DNA of 64,000 nt. Source: Lama guanicoe. Taxonomy: Eukaryota. Position numbers and translations under genes: made by a program. Under the pieces are notes generated by a model. The model was not told where the DNA came from and searched no databases. It was given only the letters and a program-made list of their open reading frames with translations. The stretch lies in contig MU054400.1 in the NCBI GenBank assembly GCA_013239625.1, positions 1,895,345-1,959,344 on the forward strand, read 5' to 3'. Below are positions 12,567 to 26,790 of this stretch, piece by piece (the first letter of the stretch is position 1; each line of letters opens with the position of its first letter).

Positions 12567-13074
12567 ACTCTACTCATTTACGTTCAGGAGCTAAACTACC
12601 CATCCCCCTGTTAGTAATTCCTGAAATTCATTTAAACCATGAATTTATATTTTCCATATTTTTTGAAGTTCAATTTGATTATTTAGTGATGTCTCTTTCT
12701 TTCTTTCCAAATGTATCATCTTTTTCTCTAAGAACTAGAAAGTTAGATATCACTTCTTAGAGTAAGAGCTACTCGGACCTTTTGACTTGAACTTAAGTCT
12801 ATTTGTAAAAGATTTATCATCCAGAATTTTATTCACCTTAAATCTCAGCTCTTAAGCCTGCATTCTCAGAATTAGGTTTGTCAAAACAGCAGCAAGACTC
12901 ACACAGAAAACTAACTTAACCCAGAGCAACAGATACATCTGTTTTATTAGTTTATGATCTATTCAGGAGTCAGAATATGTCTAACCTGTATTATACCCTC
13001 AAAAACACACTGACAGACAGCTTCTTGGAATCGGGGACAAAATCTAATGTAGAAATTCGTAAGTTTTAGCTCTG

Positions 13075-13535
13075 CACTGTACTGAACACTTGAAATGCGG
13101 CCAGTAAGACTGAAGAACAAGAGATCTCATTTTATTTATTTTTAATTACTTTTCATTTTAAAATGGATGCCTGGTTCAATTACTAGAAAAAAAAATTAAG
13201 TTTGTATGGAACCACTAGGGTACGTGGATCTACGTTTCCAACTGTAAATTTTGTAAACACTAAGTCCAGATCAGATATTTCTGATGAAAATTTAGCATCT
13301 GACTGGAGATGTAAAATAGATGTCGGATTTCCAAGACTTACTACAAAGAAAGAGAACATAAAATCTCATTAATACTTTTTAACGTTGATTATGTATTAAA
13401 ATTAAAATATTGCATATTGGGTTAAATGAAATATATGATTAAAATTAATTTCATCTATTTTTTAATATGCCTACTAGAAAATTTTAAATTGTATCTGTGG
13501 CTCATGTTAGACTTTCATTTAGCTTCACTGCTCTA
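13075..13535. mobile_element. hAT-Charlie DNA transposon relic (Charlie1/MER33-like)
   Basis: ACTGAACACTTGAAATGCGGCCAGT, TTTCTGATGAAAATTTAGCATC and CTACTAGAAAATTTTAAATTGTATCTGTGGCTC. Confidence 0.75.
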
Positions 13536-14419
13536 ACTAGCTACCTATGGTGGCGTAACCAGCAGCCATAGTGTGTTATTCATTTACTGTCCCCTTATAT
13601 TAATATATCTGTTGTAGTTATTGTATGATTAGTAATAATAATTTATTGTTGGTTATTATTTTCCCACACTCTTTCCATCCTACCTCTAAATAGTAAACAA
13701 ATATGTGAACCAAATGAGCTACGCAAAGGAGCAAAAGATTTTCTACCACTGAGAGTGGGCAGCAGCAAATGCCATTCATTCCAGTCACTCCCATGCGACG
13801 TGGCTCCTGGGCTGGGCAGAGACACACGACAGACAGTCACAATGTTGCTAAGAGGAACTCAGGAGTTACACCCACATTAGTCATCTTGATACACGACGTT
13901 TATAAAGAGGGACACTGAGTGTGACACATAAAGAAAACATCTAGTCTTCCTGCAAACCATAAAGAGGTCTTTTTCAAGCAATGTGCTCCAGCATATAGGT
14001 AGCAACTGAATTTGATTATACACCCAGTCACCTCCCTATATGTCATATTTATTTTCAGCTAGTGAGAAAATCCCCAAGGTTCTTTTCTTCCTGCCCATCT
14101 GAGAGGTGGTAGGCATCACCGGTTCTGTCCACGTCCTTTCCTGGGGTCCCGCGACACAGGATGACGCCCTGGAGGATCACGCAAACCAATACCCACCACG
14201 TCAGCAGCTCAGAGGGATTTTATGCTGATCTATTCATTTTTACAGACATTTTGGGGGACCTTCCCTCTATTCTACGCCAAGCTCTATTCTAGGTGCTGGT
14301 GTGACACAACAGAACAAGGAAAATGAAAGTCCGTCAATGCCCACACTGTTTCTGCATCTTATGATTCCACACAGCTCTGACTATAATTTCCCAGCAGCAA
14401 GTTAGGAACATATATTAAC

Positions 14420-15665
14420 GTGTTAAATTATTATACAGTGTTTGAAATACACAAGAAGATACTTTTTAAATAAAATGAACAACCATGCACCCAACCCTCC
14501 TGAATTCCATCCCATATTGTCCCTCACCATTGATCCCACAAAACTCATGTTTCTTCTGTGTGCACATTTCTTTATACTTTTAAGATAGATTCATGCCTCC
14601 CTAAGCAATATGTAGCTTGACATATTCTAAAACTGTATATGCATGAGTGTGTTTTAAAAAGATGTTTCAAAAACTTACATAAAGTTGATATAAGTAACTG
14701 ACTACACCAGAAACTTCAACAATTTACCAAGTTTCCAAATAGAAAAAAATTTTTTTCCTTTTAGTTACCAGCCCAGTCCACATATAAATGAGTATAAATT
14801 TAAATACTATATATGACTGTTTATGTTCATGTACACAGCATACAGTTTACAGAATAGTGGAAGGAGTCTGGTGTATTCCATAATCATTAAAAACTTTGAA
14901 AGGGCAGATTGGAAATTATTTGCATATGTATTCTTTTCTCTTCCTAAAATAAACTTTAAATTAGAATTTTTGAATGGTACAAAATATACAAAAGGGTTTA
15001 CAGTGAAAATTAAGGCTCCTCCTGCACTTGCCCCCAGCCACCCAGTAACCATCCCCATTCCTTACACATATGTCCAGAGATTCCACACAGAAACAAGCAA
15101 TCATGTACATGTTCTTCTCCTCTTTTTAACACAAATGGTAGCACCTTGTTGTTTTCATTTAATGGTATATCTTGGTGATCTTTTCATATAAGTGTATATG
15201 GAGCTGCCTCATTCTTTTCTTGTTAATGGAGGTAAAATTGCCATAGAACATTATATTAGTGTGAGGAATGCAATTAATGATTCAATTTTTGTATAGACTA
15301 TCTCATTATTTGTAACAGTCACATCCCCTGTATAGATGCACCATGTTTGATATGGCTTCTCTCCCATAGATTGAGAGGTAGTTTCAAATCCTTTGAAACA
15401 AGCGGTACTGTTCTGAATACCCCCATGTACATGGAATTTCAGAATGTTCCAGAATGTCCAGAACACATTCCTAGAAGTGGAACTGCTGGGTAAAAAAGTG
15501 GGCATTATATATGGACACACACATTTATGCACATATATATTTATACACATATTTTGATGGGTGTTAACAAAAGTGTCCTCCATAGAGGGTATACAATTTA
15601 ACTCCCACCAGACAGATATGAGAGCATCTTTTTTCCCCACCTTCTTGCCAATATAATGTATTGAG
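14420..15665 (-). mobile_element. Fragmented old L1 (L1M/L1ME-like) pieces
   Basis: Reverse L1 motifs TTCCTAGAAGTGGAACTGCTGGGT, TACAATTTAACTCCCACCAG and TTTCATTTAATGGTATATCTTGG. The match is patchy. Confidence 0.55.
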
Positions 15666-16727
15666 GGTTCTCTTCATGGAGCCAAGTGATACATGGCAAG
15701 ATTAAGTTCACATGAGCAATACAGATAAATATCTAATTACAATATTGCCCAATCTCTTCTAATAAACTAATTCATAGTGTTGACACAGGTTCAAGCTTTA
15801 TAAAAACTCACAGAGAACCACCCAGCAGCTGCTCCGTGACTGCCCTGCACTTAACTAGTGAAAAACATAGACAGAGGACAAACTGAGGGTAAAAGAAAGT
15901 GGTCCTTCTCATTGTCACATACACTGTCACTGACCCCATGAGTGTCCCTCCCATCCTTCAGATCAACAACAGACTTGGGTTAGATCACCTGGGTTCTGAA
16001 CCAGGCAGGGCTTGGCTGCTGGTTCACTGAGTAAACACAGCCAAGCCAACTGACCCTGTGGCCTCCCACTCCTCTTCTGTTAAACTAAAAGCACTGAAGT
16101 GGACTTTTTCTGAGGTCCCTCCCAGTTGAAGGACACTCCTGATGCTCCTGACTAATGGATGACGAGTGGCTTTTCTGAGTGAATAGGTACAGAGGCCTTC
16201 ATTCTCCTTCACTTTAACATGCACTTCCGGGGTGATGGCTGCAGCTTGAGGGTGGTCAGTAACCACCGAAACCAAAGAACAGAGATTTCTATGTGCATTA
16301 AGTAGGGGTTCTGTAACCCCAGGATCTGTCAGCTGACAGGAGCATTTCTTCTATCACATACCATGCCTGAGGGCGACGAGCAGATAACATTTTGAAATTT
16401 GGAAACAACAAGTTCAATGAGAATTAAAACCAGTGGGACATGGAACTCACTCAGCTCAAGACCCTTGCATTGGTAACCAATTGTTTTGCATTTGTACACA
16501 CACCTGCCATAAAGCCAAAGAGACAGATTCCACTAAATGGGCTTCCAAGACATCGGCTACAAAGCCTGGGGTAGGATGATGGGTCCTGAGGACTTCCAAA
16601 AGGGGTGCTATCTACAGAAATGAAAAGCAAGGGGATTAACAAAAACAAGGAGACTACATCGAATTAAGTTAAAATTCAGCAAAATGGAAAAGTTAGCAGA
16701 AAATAGCCAAAATCAAGATGCAGTCAT

Positions 16728-17199
16728 GACCTTGGGGGCATTATGCGAAATGAAATAAGTCAGACAAAGACAAATACTATATAATCTCACTTATATGTGG
16801 AACCTAAAAACATCAAACTCAGACACATAAAGTAGAACGGTGGTTGCCAGGGGCTGGGGATGGGGGAAGTGAGTAGATGTAGGTAAACGGTATAAACATG
16901 CGGTTATAAGATGAGTAGATTCGGGGGATCCGATGTACAGCACGGCGATTATAGTGAACAATACTGTGCTGTATACTTGAAAGTTACTATGACAGTAAAG
17001 CTTTAATGTTCTCTCCATAAGAAAAACAACAACAAAAGGGTAATTGTGTGAGGTGATGGAGGCCTTACTTAACCTTATTGTGGTAAATGTTTCATGTATG
17101 CAATGTATGTGTATCAAACCATTCATTGCGTTGTACATCTTAAACTTACATGGTATTATATGTCAATTATATCTCTATAGAGCTGGGGGGGTGGGGGGA
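16728..17199 (+). mobile_element. 5'-truncated L1 3'UTR (L1MA-like)
   Basis: GGCATTATGCGAAATGAAATAAGTCAGAC...TATATGTCAATTATATCTC, with a perfect 13-bp TSD AAGATGCAGTCAT at 16715-16727 and 17200-17212. Confidence 0.9.
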
Positions 17200-18250
17200 A
17201 AGATGCAGTCATAATGGCCAGCTTTATCAAATACAGAAATTCCATAGGCAAAAACACAAATGCTAAATGAAACTAGGAACTTGGTAGGGGGAAGAATTCT
17301 GAAGAAACAAAACCGAAGACCTGCAGTAGGAAGAAATGTGGTCAGTTGGCCAGGCACCAGTTTCCATTTATGAGTTAATTATTCCTTCCCTTAATAAGTA
17401 TGTATTATTACAGACATTTTGTTATACTCAGCCACCTTTCGGCCACCTGCCATCAAGCTGTTTCACTGCTCATTAGCTGGCCCCCACCCAAGACAGAGGG
17501 AAAAGTTGAACTCCTGGCAGTTGACCTGACTCAGTAAGTAGCAATAGCAAAATGCTGTGTGATGTAATCCAAGAGGCTGGGAAAGGCAGGTTGAAATCGA
17601 GGCTTACGGAGAATCTCAGATTCCACTTATTCATCACTTATGAGTCTGCATCACCATTAACCGACACACTCCTCAAAACTCTGGCCACTCAGCCCTGGCC
17701 TTTAACATCCTATCAGTGAGTTCAGCCTATCTGCTTGTTCACTCCCTGACTCCCCATCCCGGGCCCCTGAATCCCGACCTCCAGCCTGGAGCACTTCCAA
17801 GTGTCCACAAGCAGATGCATCCGCTGCTCTGACTCGCATGCTCTCAGCCTCAGCCCCAGTTTCAGTCTAGTTCCACTCAGGCTCCGGCTCATTTCCTGCT
17901 GACAGCATCTCACATCCTCGCTTCTGCCCCAGGCCTTCCGCAAGACCACAGAGGCCACCAAGAGAGTCCCTCGGCCACGTGTCCAGAGCTGCCAAGTTTC
18001 ATGCTTTTCAGAAAAGAGGGACTCAGAGCTTTGATGCAGTCTTCTAATTTTTAAATGTTGGTAACGAATTTAAATCTATTCATAACACTACGCAGATCAC
18101 ACTATCGTCTTAAAGCTTCCAGTTTGAAATGTCTGTACACACTCCTGGGAAAGCAGCAGGAAACACACACACACTCTGAGCTCTGGGAGTCTGGAGAAGG
18201 AGGCAGCCAGAGTGCAAGGCAATAATCATAGGCAAGCGCGCTGATGGGGG

Positions 18251-18740
18251 TGAGGTGGGCAGAGTAATGAATGGCCCCCACAGATGTCCACATCCTTATC
18301 CGCAGAACTCACGGATGTGTTACGTTACAGGGAAAGGGGGGGATTAAGGTTGCAGGTGGAAGTAAGGTTAATCAGCTGACCTTGAGATGCGGAGCTTACC
18401 CTGGGTTATTCAGGTGGGCCCAACATAATCACAGGGCCCATAGATGTGGAAGGAGGAAAAGATATTCAGAGTTAGAGAAATACTTAAGTTGCTGGTTTTG
18501 AAGATGGTGTAAGGGGCCCACAAGCCAAAGAATGCAGGAGCCCTTTAGAAGCTGGAAAAGGCAAGGAAACAGATTATCTCCCAGAATCTCTAGAAAAAAC
18601 ACAGCCCTATCAATGCCTTGATTTTTAGCCCAGTGAGACCCATTTCAGACTTCTGAGCTCCAGAACTATAAAATAAGAAGTCTGTTTCAAGCCATTAAGT
18701 TTGTGGGAATTTGTTACAGCAGCAAAAAGAAACTTACACA
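18251..18740 (+). mobile_element. MaLR LTR (MLT1D-like)
   Basis: ATGGCCCCCACAGATGTCCACATCC, TAGAAGCTGGAAAAGGCAAGGAAACAGATT, and the end TTTGTTACAGCAGCAAAAAGAAACTTACACA. Confidence 0.85.
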
Positions 18741-21099
18741 TAGGGTAAACCAGGATGTCAGCAAAGAGACCTAATCCAGTCTTGGGAAACAAAAGGTTCC
18801 AGGGAAAGCTTCCAAGAAAAGATAACATCTAGTGGAGTCCTAAAGGATGAACAAGGTTTAAGGGTGGGAGTTCTAAGGAGTGGAAGTAGCATATGCAAAG
18901 GCCCCGTGGTGTCTTCTCAGGGAATTTCAAGGCATTTAAAATGGCAAGATAATAGATTAGGTTAGCCCAACTCCCAATTTTTTCAGCAATTTTTCAAAAA
19001 ATCATCCTAGGCATTTTATTAGCTAATTCCCTTCATTTTACAGACGATGAACAAGAGAGCTAGGGAGGTTGAGGAACCTCCAAACATCACGAAGTTCTGA
19101 GTTTCACTGTCTTCATTTGTGAAACAAGCAAGTTAGATGAGGTGAACCAAATGCCTATCTATGACCACTTAGCAGATGAGCTCAGGTGTCCCAGCTCACA
19201 ACTCAGGTCCAGGGCTTTCAGAGTTTCTTTGGCAATGCTGGGGGTCCCTGTCCCCAGGTCCATCCTCAGTGGGATCCCCATGAAGCCATCCCCTCCATGG
19301 TACTCCACCTCCTTAGAAAATTGCTCCCATGGCAACCACTTCCCAGACTTGGGGAATCTCCCTCCTCTTACTTCCTTATTAAGCTCAAAGACCCACTCCC
19401 TCATCTCTATCCATCAGGAACCCTTGGAGACATCTCCTTCCAGAGCTTCACCTTTTACGAAAGAAAGGAAGAGCTGCAGCTTGCAATAGTTTCAGCTTCC
19501 TCTCTAACTAGATCAGAGAGGTGAGCAGGTGATTGAAGGAGACACATGTTTGCCAGCCAACATCTCAATGAACTATCGTGGCACACCTATGTTTCAGAAA
19601 AGGGGATCATAAATGTTTGTTAATATATAACTCTGTAGGGGAAAAAAAACTAGGTGAGCACTTAAGGCTTTATTAACAAGTATTATCTCCAAAATTATCT
19701 CAGTATCATATAATCCAAACACATGGTCCCATTTTTGCTTAGTGGAAGGGTCACATAAATATTCTATACCTGTTCGAGTGTGTGAAAATGGTGTAAAGAT
19801 GACACCACACTGCCCTGAGGATTCTCTGACAGCAAAGGAAATGAAAGCAATTTAGACCAGAAGAGGGACTCACAAGCTGGCCAGCAAGCATCACACTCAA
19901 GAGTGTTTGTTCTGTTCAAGATGTTAACCTTAAACACTGACATATTCACAAGTCCCTGTTGGTAATACTAAACAATAGGGTCGTTTCTCCCTGAATGAAT
20001 GAATGAATGAATGACCTGTTTGCCATTTTGCTTTTGCAAGGAAATTCATTCCAGCCTAGAAAAAAAATGCTCTGATCTGCCCCCCAACACCCACCCCAGG
20101 GAAGACCCATCCAGAATCAGCCTGACATTATTTACAAAACACTTCACATCTGGTGGAACGCCTACCTGCCACTGACCTCAAAGAGAAACTGGGCCAAGGC
20201 TCCCACCTGAATTTTTGCTCTCTACCAGACATGTCATCAGATGCATAGACACCTCTGCCTAGCCACCTGGTCCCATGAGAACTTATTTAGTCTCTTCTTT
20301 TCACTCCTCCCAGCCCCACTGTATCCTTCCTTGTCTCAGGACTCCTGAGCATCTCCTCCAATCCTCAGCACATCTGTCCAAGTGTCCAGCTCTAACTGCA
20401 CACACCCGATGCATGACTTACCATTATTCACCGGCAACCACGGCCATCAGATTTTCTCCCATCACGACACGTGCCAGGAGTAGCCAGCAGCCTCTGAACT
20501 TCAGCTTGGACCATTCCCATTGTTATTGCTGAAGGCAATTGTCATAAAGTATTCAACAGCTTCTCCATCAGGGCTGGCAAGGAATAGCTAATCTGATCAG
20601 AAGCCATAGTGTTATCCAGCCATCATTTTCTGGATTCTCAAAGGACCAGGCAGTTGCCTCCAGATCTAAGCTTAAATCCTCAGTGCTGCTTGCTGATTCA
20701 GGAATCAGCCCTCTCTCCCAAGTGGAGCCAGCTGGGTTCTGGCTCTTGCTCTGTCACATTGGATGGTAAAGGGTAGAAGATCTTACAGGTCATTGTCAAA
20801 CCTCTCCACTCTGGGATCAACTCCACTCACTCCCCCAAGAGGTCTAGGATTTAATGGTCAGCATTTCCTGGAGAAATGGCTCTCAGAAAGTGGATTCAAG
20901 CTTCCCAGACACACTGCGGCCTGAACGCACAGGGCTGATCTATGTCAGGAGGCAATTTAATGACGAACAGCTCTTTCTGATGGACACCGTGTTCTGGTGT
21001 TGTGGGTTTTCATTTCCTCTGAGAAGCCCCCTCCCACTTGGACGTTAAAATTGATCAAAGATTAAGGAAGTTCTTTAGAAAAAGATCATTGGCTCCTCA

Positions 21100-21285
21100 G
21101 GAATCTATAAAGCTCAACTGGCACTTCTTTGTTTTCACACTTTCCTTCCAATCTCACCAACAACCTTGCGGGGCTGACAGGAGAGGATGGAGATGTGACA
21201 GATGAGGAAACTGCAATGAACACACCCAGGGTGCACAGCAAGTTCATGATAACTGGGCACCCTGACGCCTGTTCCAGACTCTTCC
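21100..21285 (-). mobile_element. MIR SINE fragment
   Basis: AATCTCACCAACAACCTTGC...ACAGATGAGGAAACTG...CCCAGGGTGCACAGC. Confidence 0.6.
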
Positions 21286-22186
21286 CCATCTTCCCTCTCT
21301 CCCTTCCTCCTCCTTCTCTAATGCAGACACCACACAAAATCCCCTCCTGAGTACAGAAAAATTCCAGGCCTTTCTGCTTGACTTCTTCATTTGCTTTTCA
21401 TTTTTCCAGTATTCTGTAAAAACAGTTCGCTGTGTGACTCAGCTCCTTGGAAAAGGGGACTCTGCACATAAGTCACAGAAATAAAGGTGACACTAAGGCA
21501 GTAAAGGACCTAACAATGGAACCTGTCTACAAGCAGCCCCTGGCAGCCAGCTACCTTGACTAAATTGAAATTCTATCTCTCAGCTTTAAAGGCAGCAGAT
21601 GATGGGGAGAAAGTCCTAGAAACTAAGGCTTGTTTTCTATCTAATCAATTAGAGTGGCATTCAACTCATTTTTAATTGGAAATGGTCTTAATCATGGGCT
21701 TTAAACCGACCAACAACAAAATTCTCAATTAGTCTCTTGAGATACGTCATGAAATGCCTAAAAGGGCCCGTCTGTTTAGACCATTCTGGGACTTTCTATA
21801 AGAAGGGGTTACCACTTGGAAGTTCCTCATCTCATTACAGCCACCAACTGCCGTGACTCGGGCAGCAAGCAGGCTACTCAGCACCCTGTGACCTGAGGAC
21901 TGTGAGCATCCAGTCATAGGGGCAAACAAAAGGGAACAAGATGGAAGTAGGCAAACAGAGCTGTCAAGACCCTGTTAGCCAGTCTGGCCATTAGTGGCCT
22001 TTTCTGTAATGACTCAGGGACCCCGAGGGGAGCAGAGGTCCTCTTTATGAAGTTATCACTACCAGCAGAGGTGGGTTCCATCTTTCTACATTGTATTTCT
22101 TTAAGAGCTTGTATTTTGGTTTGAGCCGAATACCTCCCTAACACACGATGCTCTTCTTCTGACAACAAAGACAGCCCATTGGGGTG

Positions 22187-22571
22187 TGTATGGGGTCGCA
22201 GGGCTGCCATAACACAACGCCACAGACCGGGGGCCTAACCAGTGGACATTTACTGTCTCCGGTCCTGGAGGCTGGAAGTCCGAGGTCAAGGTGCTGGCAG
22301 CATTGGTTTCTTCTGAGGCTTCGCTCCTTGGCTTGTAGACGGCCACCTCCTCCCTGTGTCTTCACGTGGTCCTTCCCCTGCGTACTTCTGTGTCTTAGCC
22401 TCCGTTTCTCATAAGGACACCAGTCACATTGGATTAGGGCCCAGCACATGACTCATTTTACCTCATTCACCTCTTTAAAGGTCCTATCTCCAAATACAGT
22501 CACATCTGGAGGTACTAGGGCTTAGGGCTTCAACACATGAATTTTAGGGGGACACAAGTCAGCCCATAATA
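22187..22571 (-). mobile_element. MaLR solo LTR (MLT1B-like)
   Basis: GGGCTGCCATAAC...GGAGGCTGGAAGTCCGAGGTCAAGGTG...GGGGGACACAAGTCAGCCCATAA, with a perfect 5-bp TSD GGGTG (22182-22186 / 22572-22576) as expected for MaLR. Confidence 0.9.
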
Positions 22572-23076
22572 GGGTGGCAAAACTCCTGTTTCAAATTCTT
22601 GCCCTGCACAGAAAGGCTATGAAGCCGAGTTCTGCAATCCTGCTGGCCCCGAAGTATTGGGCCTCCCTGCACATTTGTTTGCTATACATTTCTAATAAAG
22701 GAATGTTAAGATGCCAGCTGTCCCGTTTCTTAATCAGACATCAGATGGGTAGGTCACACTTAGATCTCAGTCCCAGCAACCATTAGAAAAAAAACCATTT
22801 TTTAAGTTTGAGAATAAAGACATCAACCAAAACAATATCTACTTTGAGCTCATTGTCAGTAATCCATGTTGTTAGATGTCATGCGAAAAAGACATTACAC
22901 AGAGCTAAGGCCACTTGATTAAATGCAGCTTTGTGGTCATTTCCATAAGAAACTGAAACATCAGTTTTGTAATCACTTGAAGTCATTTATAAAAAGAAGC
23001 TAAAAGAGAGGCCCAAGACAGCCCTTTTATAAACTTTATTTCCATAAGAAAATAGACTTAAGTCGTTTCTACTTAC

Positions 23077-23162
23077 ATGCCTTTTCCAGCAACATCATTC
23101 GCCAAAACCCATAAGAGCCGCCTGAAGCTGCGTTCTCAAACTCCACTCAGCAAATCCTCGCT
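23077..23162 (-). other. Candidate 86-nt non-coding/UTR exon
   Basis: On the minus strand: acceptor TTGCTTCTCTCTGTAG with a ~50-nt AG-free zone, and donor CAT|GTAAGT. All three frames contain stops. Confidence 0.3.
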
Positions 23163-25179
23163 CTACAGAGAGAAGCAACCCAACCAGAAATTCCAGGTGG
23201 CAGAGTTCAGAAAGAGCTAACTGGTTCTGGAAGCACATGCCACACAGAGAAGTGCAGTGAGACGAACAGAGTTGGCCCAAGCAGCAGGTTTGAGAAAGTT
23301 TGTTTGTTTCTTTTCTTTTTTTTTTAAATTAACCATGAGAAATGATTTTGACTCAGGACCCGGAAAAGTCAAGTCCTGCTGGCTCTAGTTCCCAGCACGA
23401 TCACCATCTCTGCAAATCCCTGCTGTCCCTGACTCCTCAGAGAATTTGAGGTCTGGTAAATGGCTCCCACCCTCACCTGACAGCAGGATTAGTGAACGTG
23501 TCTGTGGAACCTTTTGGGAAATTAACAAAAAGGATAAACAGAGCAACGGTGCATCATGGTCTCCTGTCCTTTGCCCCAGCTTCGGGGCCAGGGAGGAATA
23601 GGCACCCTGGGAACACGGAGCCTGGGAGGTGAGTGGAGAGGCACAGGGAGGCTTCTCTTTAGGTCAAGCCTGTGACAGCAGCCACGCAGCCAAATCACTG
23701 CTGCGGCTTTGCAGCCCCACCCTGAAGCCCAACAGCACCAGTGAGCGTATCCAAAGCCTCCAGCCTGAGAAAAGACATCAGCCCCAGAAATGCCTGGAGC
23801 TGGGAGGCAGCCCCCACTGGAGCTAACTCAGGCAGGCCACCCCAACATGCTCTACAGATGTCCAACGGCACAGAAAGCTTTCAAAGGAGGTTCAACTGAA
23901 ACGGGACAAGTTTCGGACGTCAGCAGGGATGAGGAATTGCACTGGCTGGAGACCATCCATCATCAAGTGAGTTAAAGCCCCCTGTGTCAGAGAGAGACAC
24001 AGACAAAAATTAAAACTCCGGTTTGCCCAAAGCAAGCCAGGGATGGAATGCCATCTCCACAACTGGTAACTAGCAGTGCACGGCTAAGGGGTAGCTGTTA
24101 TTCGGGTCACTCGAAAAGAGCTCAACTCCGGCAAAACCAATCTAGTAGAGAGGCCATCCCCCTGGAAGAGAGGCCAACACTCCCCCCTGGAAATGCCAAT
24201 TCTGAGAAAGCCAGCATATTTCTTGGGCAGTCACTAGAAAGAAGGAATACCTACAGGTCAAGCTGCTTCAGGATTTCCTACCTGCCATAGGGAATTTGAA
24301 TTTCCTCGGACCAGAATCACAAAGGCAAGCTAGAGAGTCCAAGGGCAGCACGGAAATGCCTAGTGTGAGAAAGACTTGTATCTTATTCATGAGGGTATCC
24401 CTTGTGGAGGAGAAACTTAAAACCTAATAATTGCCCCATCTCAGTCATTGATAAAGAAAAAAATGCATAAAGCACCGCCCTGAAAGCACAGAATTAAATA
24501 AGAGCAAGAACTTTTTTTTTTTTTTTAGAAAAGGAACATTAAATTGAAGGAGAGAGAGAGAGGACTGAATTCAAAGCTCAGATGGAAATTAGAAACCAGT
24601 GTTTGTCAGGTAAAGGTTCCACAGTCATACATAATTAAAACTCGTGTGGCCAGAGCCTCCTCACCCATGGGACTTCTCAGAAAACTAAGATGGGGGTGGG
24701 GAGGAAGCCTGGATGAGCAGTTAAGAGTTAGAAGGGCCAGAATGAGTCATGGCGGGTCCACCAGTTCTCAAACTCGGATGCATGCTGGAATCCCCAGGAG
24801 CTTTGTAAAAGCAGAGATTCCCAGGACAAGGACCCCTGGGGACAGGACCGGCCACCTCTACTTCGTAAAGTGCAGATGGCCCAGTGTGCTGAAACCATTA
24901 AATCTGGCTGAGGGCAGCTATGAGCTCATAACCACTTCCAATTTTCCAGGAAAAACTGATGCAACAAATTTAAAATGTCTTTTTTAAATGAAGGAGAGAA
25001 TCTTAAGCCCCACATCCTCTGATTCCAACTGCCCTGAAGCTCCAACAGCTCTTCCTCCACCAGAGCACATCTAGAAAAGCCCAAGGAAGGTTCTGCATCC
25101 CATCTCACTGCACATCACATCAGAAAGGGAGTGACGGGGTCGCACAGGGGACTTAGGGTTGATCTGGGCTTCCATTCGG

Positions 25180-25345
25180 AGCCTGCCATGTCCCATATAG
25201 CTTCAGACAAGTTCCCAAGCTCTTCTGAGCCTCCGTTGCCTCAGATCCACCAAAGAGGGTTGTTTTGAGATTTAAGTGAGAGGATATACATAATTTGCAT
25301 GGTGACTGCCCAGAGCAGGTGCCTGATAATCGCTCATTCCTTTGA
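25180..25345 (+). mobile_element. MIR fragment
   Basis: CTTCTGAGCCTCCGTTGCCTCA...GGGTTGTTTTGAGATTTAAGTGAG. Confidence 0.6.
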
Positions 25346-26579
25346 GGGACTGTGCTGCAACAACCAGAGATTGGGTTCCCAGCTTTAAATCCCCTTGCCT
25401 GAGACAACCCAGCTCTCCAAGTCAGCAGCCTATCAGCACATCCCTCATCCCAGGAAGGTGCTAACTTTTAATGTCCCAGGAGGGTCTGGATTCATGAACA
25501 GAACACACAGATTGATCTGGTAAGATCTGATGCGATGACTTTCAGTGTCCAAGATTTTGCATAGCACCTTGCATGTTGCCAGTGTGTAATAAATGAATAG
25601 TCGAGGGCTGGATGATTCAAAGAAGGCTTGGAGATAACCTGTGAATTTCATTTTATAGTGATTCTCCTTTTCCCTCACTTTCAATAAAACTGACTGAAAG
25701 GTCGACTCTTGAACAAGCTGGAACATTTTCTCTTCTCTGTTTAGTTGCTAGTCTTTAAAATTAATTGTTACTAACAGAATAGAGGCAAATAGCTTAAAGA
25801 GCAATTTAATGGCCCTGCTTAAATGCTAGAGGAAAACTGCTCACACCTAACTCTACCCTATAAAGCTCCAATTTTAGGGAAGCTGGGTGCCATCCTTCCA
25901 CTTCTTGACAGGTAAAAGGAGACAGGGGAAAAGATGAACGAAGAAGCATTCGCTCTGTAAGGAACACTCAGCACACAGTCAGCAGTGCAGGGAGCCATTC
26001 TGGCCGCCTGCTCTCCTGGCCACACAGGGACCACTAGCAAAAAGGAGCAGGAAAAAGAAACAAACATTCTGAGCAAGCCAGAGATTCCTAGGCCCATCAG
26101 AGAATCCTGCAACCCCTCAAGCAACTGGAAAAACAGGTCATTATCTGCACTGTTCCATTCTCTCATGTCAAAGTTCAGCCTTATGCTATGATGCTCAGAA
26201 CATGTTCTTCTTCCCGGTCCTGAACTTTCCCTCACAGGGAAGAGCGCGAGGACACGGAGGCAGATGGGCGGGGCATCAGCTCCCAGAGGATGAAAGCAGC
26301 ATGGTCAGCACTGAATGGACAGGTCCCTGAGAGTCCCCATCACTCAGTGCAAAGGAAGAGCCGTGTCAGTGAGCACCTGTACTCGGGTCCTCTCTCACGG
26401 GAAAGAGCTGAAAAGCAGCCATTACAGATTTACCTGGTTCAAAATTTCCTTTCTGACCAAAATGAAATAGATCATACCCAGGATGTCTATGGGAGACATT
26501 TGTATTTGTTTAAGTGGTGAAGCATGAATCCTTTGTGATGAAACAGCTCTTAGGTTAGTGAGAGAACCCAAAACTCTCC

Positions 26580-26790
26580 AAAGAGCTAGGGGTCCCACTC
26601 TGGACTCGGGCTCTGGCCCTCTCACTTTGTCACCATGTAACTTGAGACAGGTGTCCCAGCCCATCAGAGCTTCCGTTTCCTTAGATCCACTTCGGAGGGT
26701 TGTTTCAAGGTCTGGATGTGAGAATACCTATAAATCCCCGTGCACTGGGACAGCACAGAGCAGGGGCCTTGTAAACATCCCTCTGCTCAT
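26580..26790 (+). mobile_element. MIR SINE
   Basis: CATGTAACTTGAGACAGGTG...CAGAGCTTCCGTTTCC...GGGTTGTTTCAAGGTCTGGATGTGAGAAT. Confidence 0.6.
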
